64,000 nucleotides of DNA, taken from contig OZ024740.1 in assembly GCA_964016885.1 (NCBI GenBank), positions 358,360,001-358,424,000 on the forward strand, in the 5' to 3' direction. The stretch comes from Eledone cirrhosa. Lineage: Eukaryota. Below, in pieces: positions 54,778 through 64,000 of the stretch; positions within the stretch are counted from its first letter, which is position 1; every line of letters begins with the position of its first letter. Under the pieces are notes generated by a model that made no database searches, was not told the origin of the DNA, and was given only the letters and a program-made list of their open reading frames with translations. Both the position numbers and the translations under genes were made by a program.

Positions 54778-57700
54778 AAAAATTAAATAATGATCAGTCT
54801 TCTGGACTACTTACTGAGGTTCTCAAGCTTGGAGATGAGAAAATGGTAGATGAACGTACCCCTAAGTAAGTGTTTGATGGAGAACTTGTTCATGGAGAAA
54901 GGAAACAGTGTAAACGAAAGAAAAAGTTCAAGGATAATTGAAAGAGAACTTGAAGAATGAAGTAATTGTAAAAAAAAAACCCAAAACACTGGAAAATATT
55001 GGAATTGAGCAAAATAGTGCAATGCAGGTAAATATTAAAAAGAAAATAAGAAAAAAAGCCCATTAAGTAAAGAACATGAACTATGGAACGTTTTCTACCT
55101 GTAGAGTTTGGGGCAAAATATGCCTCTCATATAAATGAGTTTCCTACTAACTACAGAACATATTTACCAGGTCACTTTTATCAATGCCACATATGCCACA
55201 AGATCTGAAAATCTCAAAGAGGTCTGAAAAGACAGTTCAAACTTAATCTAGTTCAGACGCCACAGGCAGTTCAAGCTGCATCAAAACTAATCTGCAATGT
55301 CTTTTAAAAGTATGTCTAGACTAAAACGCCACATAGGATCTCAATCCACAACTGAACATCCTGTATACTGAGGAGATCAAGCTTTGCATTGAGCAGACAA
55401 CATCAACAAAACAAATTTATGTATATATACACATATAAGAAGACGGCTATATGTGGCTCTTACAATAGTAGATGCTGATAACTATCTCTGCATTATCTTA
55501 AATCTTAGAAAACTGAGAAATCTTTTGAAATGAATCTAAACAACTATTGGAAATATTTTGCATGGCTACAAATGTCACACACCATTATGGAGATAATGCC
55601 CTTATCTTGATGACGATGATGATTCTGAAGAGGAGATGGAGAATGAAGCCAAAGTGTGACAGTGGACAATGTATGTAAACTTCAATAAGACTAATGACAT
55701 ATAGATGAAGCGGATTGGGAGGAGAAAGATGAAAGATACAGAAGATTAAACAGACTGAGATGTTGGATTTCGATGCCCACACTGAAATGTTAATTACAAT
55801 AAATATGGAGATTTATACTAATAATAATTAAAATAAGAATAATGAAGACAAGTGTATGCAGCCTCACATTATGATAAAGAGGTTCGCTTCGCAATCCAGG
55901 GTTTGATCCCATAACATGGTATCTTGTGCATGTGTCGTTTACCATAGCTTCAGTTTGACCCATGTCTTGTGAGTGAAGTTGGGTAGAATAAAACTATTTA
56001 GTAGCCCGTCAGATTGGCTGTGCTTGCAATTAACAGGGTCAGTCTTGTCACACAATGTTACCCTGAATCTCCCTGAGAACTACCTTAAGGATATACGTGT
56101 CTGTAGAATGTCAAGTCACTTACTCGTTAATTTCATGAGCAATCTGTTCCGTTGATCGAACAGCTGGAACACTCATAATCGAAACCGACGGAGGTCCATC
56201 GATCGATCGTATGAAGGAAGACGACGACGGTGATGATGATGATACTAATGAGAAGAAGAAGAAGAAGAAGAAGAAGAAGAAGAAGAAGAAGAAGAAGAAG
56301 AAGATATACAGTTAAAACTTCTTCACCCACTTATTCCTGAGAGGGTCATGGGGGCTGAGTCCTCAAACACTCTTTCCACCGAGTTCTGTTAGAAGCAACT
56401 GTCTCCAATTGATCCAGCTGGATACCCTAGCGAGACCAGCAAAGCTCATGGATGTTATCCAACCATCTTACTCGGGATGTACCAGTGGGTCTCCTGGAGG
56501 GCCATGGGAGCAGAGTCTTCAAGGAAGCTCTCCAGAGGGTCCTACCAGAAGCACCTTCTCCAAATGATCCGGCTGCATCCCAAGGGAGACCTACCGAGCC
56601 CATAGATGTTATTCAATCATTTTACTTGTGGACTACCCCTGGGTCTACTGCCGGTTGATTTTGAACGTAAAATCTGTCCAGCGATTCTTATACCACATTA
56701 ATGAAAAACAACAAGCATCTGTTAACATATAATCCGAGCTTATAGCTAACGTAGCAATTATTAAACCTCAAATATAATCAATTTTTATATTTTGATCGAA
56801 GTCAATCAGATATCACTTCACTTTTATTTTCAGTATAACAAAAAATCGAAACTATTTTATATTAGCAAGTCTAATATCGCATCAAGTAAATCAAATGAAA
56901 CAATGAAAGAGTGAATTATTAAAATCATAATGCTTATATTATGTCATGATATTAGAATGGGATAATGATGCTAATCATAGCCAATTTCCAGTCGGAATTT
57001 CATATTGTTCTCTTAATATTAAGCAGTGAGCTGAATAATCAATGTATAATTAAATACTCATAATTCATATTCTCATGAAACGAAGGATTCGTATATTTTA
57101 AACATTTGTAGTATTTTTTTGTTTTTAACGTGGACAGGATTTTGGTACTATGTTCTGAACATCAGGTATTGGGTTTCCATTCTTTTTTGAATACGTGATT
57201 TCTTGGCTATCGGTACGAACTTTAATTGTTAAGGAATCTCCGTATGTGGATGGACCGAGACATTATTGAATGATATGTGTTTATATTTATCTGTATATTC
57301 TTACTTTCTTATCTAGATACAATATCAATATTTATAGGAGAAAGATTTAAACTGCTGGATTGAACATCTTATATTACTGAATCGTTGTCTAATATAATAC
57401 TGAAAATTATAATATTTAGAATATAAATTTATTGAGGCTGGAATTTCAACTTTGAAAAAAAAAAGAATTTTACAAATCCAACTGTTTTGGCTAAGCTGAA
57501 TTACAACGTGTTTTAAAGCAATGAAATAGAATGTTGTATTGTTCATATACTTTTTGTTTGCAACGGCATTAAAATGTAGGTGAAAGGAAATTATATTCAG
57601 CCAAAAACCAAAACTACGTCACCTCAGATTCCATTTCCAGGCGCTAGATTATCCGTTGTTCTGTGGATTTAATACTATCACATAATGTTTTATTTCTCTG

Positions 57701-59136
57701 TCACTAGGTACAAAGGTCCTATATCTAAGGAGAGGAGGAGGATATAGGGGGTCAGTACTTCATATCTTTCCAGGAATCATATCAGAGGTCTTCATCTGGA
57801 CATTGAAACTCTGACCCAGCTCACCACTTGCTCCACAACACTTGGCATCATAAGCGATATCGATATTGCTTCTATTTATTTGTTTGGTAGATTGACAGAA
57901 TTTTTAGAACATCAAACAAAATATCTTAAGGTACTTAGTTATGGGCCTTCACGTTTAAATCCTGCCGTGATTAAATCCTTCTTCCGGGGCTGATTAAATA
58001 TAATATCAGTCAAATATTGTGTGTTGATGTCATCGATTTTCTTCCCACCCAAATTACTGGCATTATGCCAACATTAGAAACGTCTATTTACTTGAGTGGT
58101 TAGTTGGCATATTGGTTAGGGTATCGATAATATTTGCGGTATTTATTCCAGACCTTTGTATTTTAAGTTCAAATTCCACCGCGGTCACTTTAACCTCTCA
58201 TAATTTCAGAGTGGATAAAATAAAGTACCAGTTATGTATTGGGATCAGTTTAATTGACTAACGACTTTGGCCTTGTGTCTATGTTAGAAACAATTATTAT
58301 CATACTATTTATTTTTCCACATTTTAGTGCAAACACATAAAGTCAATTTCTTGGACTTTCATGGATCAGAAATATCCATCAACGGGTGTTCAGCCAAATT
58401 GTTTTTTATTGGATGAGTTGTTGGGGGACTATATTAACTCTAGTCCCTAGCTTATTTCATCGACCCAGGAAGGATGAAAAGGAATGTTGACCTCGGTGGG
58501 ATTTGAACTTAATGGTTCGTCACTCAAATAATTGTTTCTACTTTCGGCACAAGGCCAGCAATTCTGGGGGCATGGAACATCGATTAATCGACCCTAGTGC
58601 ATTACTGCTGCTTTATTATATCGACCCCGTAACGATGAAAGGCAAAGTTAACTCAAATAATGCAAGACAACGTTTTTGCACTGTATTAATTCTGCTAATG
58701 CACTACCTAATTAGCAAAGTAAAATGAATAATTCTTCTTAATCACGATCTAAAAACCTTTTGTGCATTTCGAAATATGCCATGATATGGTCTCATAATTC
58801 CTGTTGGAGTTGTTAGGGCATTTAAAACTGTCGGAGCCGATTCCTCTCTAGGTTCGAACACAGCCAGTTTCATATAAAGAAAGAGTAAGAGAGAAGCAGT
58901 GAGAAAGAGATATAGAGGAAAAATCAACCCCAATATTGGAGTGTTTAAAGGATCAAATTAACCTCGGCAGAATTTAAGCTCAGAGCACAGTATGTCAGAT
59001 CAAATGCCACGAAACGTTTTTTCCAACGTTCTAACGTTCAATTTGAAATATAAAATATGTAAAACACAAACAATAATATTTAGGAATGGTTCTTTTATTT
59101 AAATTTGAAGGCACATTTTGTGAATATACTTTAGAG

Positions 59137-59395
59137 CAGGCATGGGCAACCTTTTTCGAGAAGCGGGCCGCTAGCGCTAATTTACATTCGTGCACACATT
59201 AAAAAAAGGGTGGTAACTCAGGTTGTTTTGATTTGTTTCTTCAGAATTCGTACACGTTGTTTTCCTCGATCGTAAAAATGATAGAAAGATAAATTACGAC
59301 TTAAAATTTGGGGTTAAAAAATCGGAAAGATTTCACTTAGGTGACTTAGGCAAGCCATTCAGAAAGCTTCGCGGGCCGCAGGTTGCTCATGACTG
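59137..59395. mobile_element. hAT (Charlie-type) MITE
   Basis: TIRs CAGGCATGGGCAACC and GGTTGCTCATGACTG; exact 8-bp TSD CTTTAGAG on both sides. Confidence 0.9.
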
Positions 59396-60134
59396 CTTTA
59401 GAGTTTATCAAGTTTTGAAAGGGCAAATAAGTTATGCTGAGATATAAACATTCGGACATAGTGATTTCACAGAACCTCCACCACTTCGATGGTAATTTGA
59501 CCGGCTAGAAATAGCGACTAACGCTCTCCGAGAAAGACATCCTACTTTATTTTAAAAACAACCACCACTGCTCAGGCAGCCCGTGGTACACCATGGATAC
59601 AAAAACTTGATATAGTAATGACTAGAAAGCGTTTGATCATAGGTCTTATCCACCCGCCAGAAACAGGGGTTACATCCCTTGCAGGGTAACCACATGAGGT
59701 AGTGGCTTCACTAATGCTTCATTTGAACCTGGTAGGCGGTTGAAAGCAAAAACCTGTTGACAAAGTGTCTACCTTGTTCGATCCTTATACCAAAAGCTTA
59801 CAATGAAAGCAGACAGTATACTTGATTTAAGATTCACAGAAACCTCCCACTTTCCAGGAAGGTCCAGGTAAAAATTTTTTGTTAACCTGTTTAGCTTGCT
59901 CGTTTTTTCGGCTGCCTGGCTTATCACTTCACAGCCATTTTTATAATGTGTCTGGCCCTTATAATGTATGCTAATTGCTCTGGCTTCTTTCTTTTCCATT
60001 GAGCGCTTTCTGGAATATCCGGAAAATTCCGTTTCGTTTTGTTTTGGCTGCCGCCGAAATACGATCTCGCTGAAATTATATATAGCAAATAAATAAAGTA
60101 TATAGTTATCTAATAAACAACATAAGATAATTAT

Positions 60135-60192
60135 TCCATTTACCAGTGGTTTCTTGAAAGCAAATAAATCTGCGTTCAGTCGTCAGAATGAA
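60135..60192 (-). ncRNA. Type I hammerhead ribozyme in the left arm of an inverted repeat (about 60095-60516)
   Basis: UUCAUU-CUGACGA-cUGAAcGCAGAU(uu)AUUUGCuUUCAa-GAAA-CCA(c)UGG-UA/AAUGGA. Confidence 0.75.
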
Positions 60193-60214
60193 AAAATGCT
60201 GGTGTTTATATATA

Positions 60215-60282
<68 letters not shown>

Positions 60283-60740
60283 TATATATATATATGCACA
60301 CATATATATATATGCACACATATATATATATATGCACATATATATATGTGCACATATATATATGCACATATATATATGCACATATATATATGCACACATA
60401 TATATATGCACACATATATATATATGCACACATATATAAACACCAGGATTTTTTCATATAATCATATAATTTTTTCATAATTATCTTATGTTGTTTATTA
60501 CATAACTATATACTTTTTCCTTTATATATATATATATATATAGGAAAAAGTATGACGCGGACGGCAGAGCTCAAGCAGTTTCGACGGCTATTTCTAGAAA
60601 TAGCCGTCGAAACGGCTTGAGCTCTGCCGTCGGGGTCATACTTCGTCCTATTTTCCACTCTACTACCCTAAGTATTCAGTACTCTGGTGCGTTATGGTCC
60701 ATCTGGTTCCTTACCACAATTCCTTCGTTATATATATACA

Positions 60741-60834
<94 letters not shown>

Positions 60835-60994
60835 TATATAAATAATGATAAATGTGAAGACTAAAATCCAAAGAGGGCTCGATAAGGATAAATATATATC
60901 AAATATATAAGAACCCTAGAGCAAATATTTATTAAAATACCAGATTAAAGGTTAAACTTTAATCAGTTATTTTAATAAATAAATACACACACAC

Positions 60995-62241
<1,247 letters not shown>

Positions 62242-62242
62242 C

Positions 62243-62858
62243 GATGACGGACAGTCCTGTCTTCTTGCTCTAATTTTATTCATATGTATCCCATTTGCAA
62301 CAACGCAGCACGCCATTTGCCATTTTTCATTTATATTTTTCCCTCCGTTGTGACCAGTCTGTTTCTTTCTTACTGCTCTTTCTCTCTCCTTGTATCTCTT
62401 ACCTTCATTCACCCCTCTGCCTGTCACCCTCTCTCGGTTGGCCTCTTCCCCACAATTTCACTCACTCACTCTCTGCTACTACCCCTCTCTCACTTGTGTG
62501 AAATCCTTTTCTCGCTCACGTTTCACAGGGTCTGAACGCGTCTTTCTCTCCTCGTCCACGATTTGCTCGAACTTAAGTTCACAGATATCACAGACTTGTT
62601 TCTTATCTTCCTCTCTTTCCGTTGCATTACCATCTCTGTTTGTTTACATGTCTCGCTTTCTCACCCAATTCTACTTGTCCCAATAACTTTTTTTAGTTAT
62701 TGCTCGCACCAGCCTGAGGTATATGGTCTTTAATGCGAAGAAATACCGATGATGGCTGGAAGATCACTGATGACGGACAGTCCTGTCTCCTTGCTCTAAT
62801 TTTATTCAAATGTATCTCATTTGCAACAACGCAGCACACCATTTGCCATTTTTCCTTT
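62243..62858 (+). mobile_element. (TA)n-embedded element with an 85-bp terminal direct repeat (PLE pseudo-LTR-like)
   Basis: GATGACGGACAGTCCTGTC...GCCATTTTTC at about 62243-62327 and 62769-62853; pyrimidine-rich interior. Confidence 0.55.
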
Positions 62859-62923
62859 ATATATATATATATATAAATATATATACATTCATTCATACAT
62901 GCTTTTAACAGTGACGTATGATT

Positions 62924-62954
<31 letters not shown>

Positions 62955-64000
62955 TATTTGTTGAAATTATTTGCGTTTTATTTTGGCATTTCTCATTTTT
63001 TCGATTGTGTTTTATCAATATTACAATCTTAACTAAATCCATTTATATATTAGAGAATACAAAAAACAATAGCTTTTGTTATTTAACTAATCTTGTTTAA
63101 TGTTTTTGATTCATACCATATAGTAAGTTTCCAAGATAACTGTTGAAAGTTTTATTATTTGATTTAGGCAAAGTAAATTATGTAAATATTCTAAATAGTT
63201 AGATACTGAAAATATTTTGATTTAATTTTGATTTGTATTTCCACGTTTAAATTTTGAATCCCGCTGAGATCCGGCATCGATAAAATAAGTGCAAACCAAC
63301 TATACCCATGACTACACTTAGAAACTTCAGCTAACAATCAATGTTATGGTTTTCTTGGAAGACAATGGGATGGCTTTGTAACATTCATACATTCATAACT
63401 ATCGCTTGGACTTTGATAACGTAAGGGAAGTAACTAATCAGTACCAGCCATGTTCTGGAAGTTGCTACAAATGTCTATATCCATCACCACACCTGAAGAC
63501 TTATGCTTTAGTCAGTGATTAATATTATGTATTTCTTGCGACAATTAATGTCCTTTGGGCATTAATAATGTAAGTAACTAATAAGAATCACAACTCGACG
63601 ACAGTTTATCATACACTATGGTGCACTGTTTCAAAACTTGATATAAACGTGCGGTACTGAGTGCGAAATATTTAAGGGGAAAAGAGTTAAGGAACATACA
63701 GTATTTTAAATTCAAAATTAAGACATGCCATTTCTAAGTGAACCCTTACCAATTTAAAGCGGAATTATAGATTTCAAATGAGACAGCATAAAATAACATC
63801 ATAGCATCATTTGTAATGCCAACAATGTGAACTGGTCTAGTTAATTATAAGTTTGTATCGACCAAGTAATTAGAGAGAAAACTCATCATGTGGTTGTAAT
63901 ATCTTCCAGTTTTTTAAGAGTAAGTACAGAAATATCATAAGGCGGCGAATTGGCAGTCATTAAAACGTCGGATAGAATGTTTTATGGTATTCATTCTGAC

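Larger units (their letters stand above)
52130..55000 (+). mobile_element. Internally deleted RTE-like LINE hosting a nested hAT element and a SINE
   Basis: YGPESSSTAPVRTADGRSLLTD...CWVDHFSKLL (EN-RT linker) at 54269-54565; flanks continue on both sides of the hAT insertion. Confidence 0.6.

Noticed and set aside
62764-62800. CTGATGA-CGGACAGTCC as a hammerhead, and 62709-62759 as a SECIS element
   Set aside because: No GAAA follows the first motif. The helix above the G.A pairs is far shorter than in SECIS elements, and no selenoprotein gene is nearby.

Overview
AT-rich, microsatellite-dense animal genomic DNA, most likely from an octopod cephalopod (inferred from the SINE families and repeat landscape). 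The only host gene is the 3' part of nucleoporin Nup54: six GT-AG exons at 1731-9740 on the + strand. The rest is transposon-derived: RTE, R4/Dong and L1/Tx1 LINE remnants, tRNA-derived SINEs, a mariner fragment, two hAT elements with exact 8-bp TSDs, a Helentron-like element and many Penelope-like (PLE) ends inserted in (TA)n tracts. The main discovery is a 4.1-kb array (13599-17686) of near-identical 469-bp non-coding monomers. Each monomer carries a type I hammerhead ribozyme, the array flips orientation almost exactly at a ribozyme cleavage site, and it is flanked by a 14-bp direct repeat. This is consistent with a recently retrotransposed, retrozyme-like (circular RNA) element. At least ten further hammerhead motifs from several unrelated families lie across the window, including U3-A8 core variants, and most sit in short foldback palindromes within (TA)n. 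All structures were read by eye; no database searches or folding programs were run.
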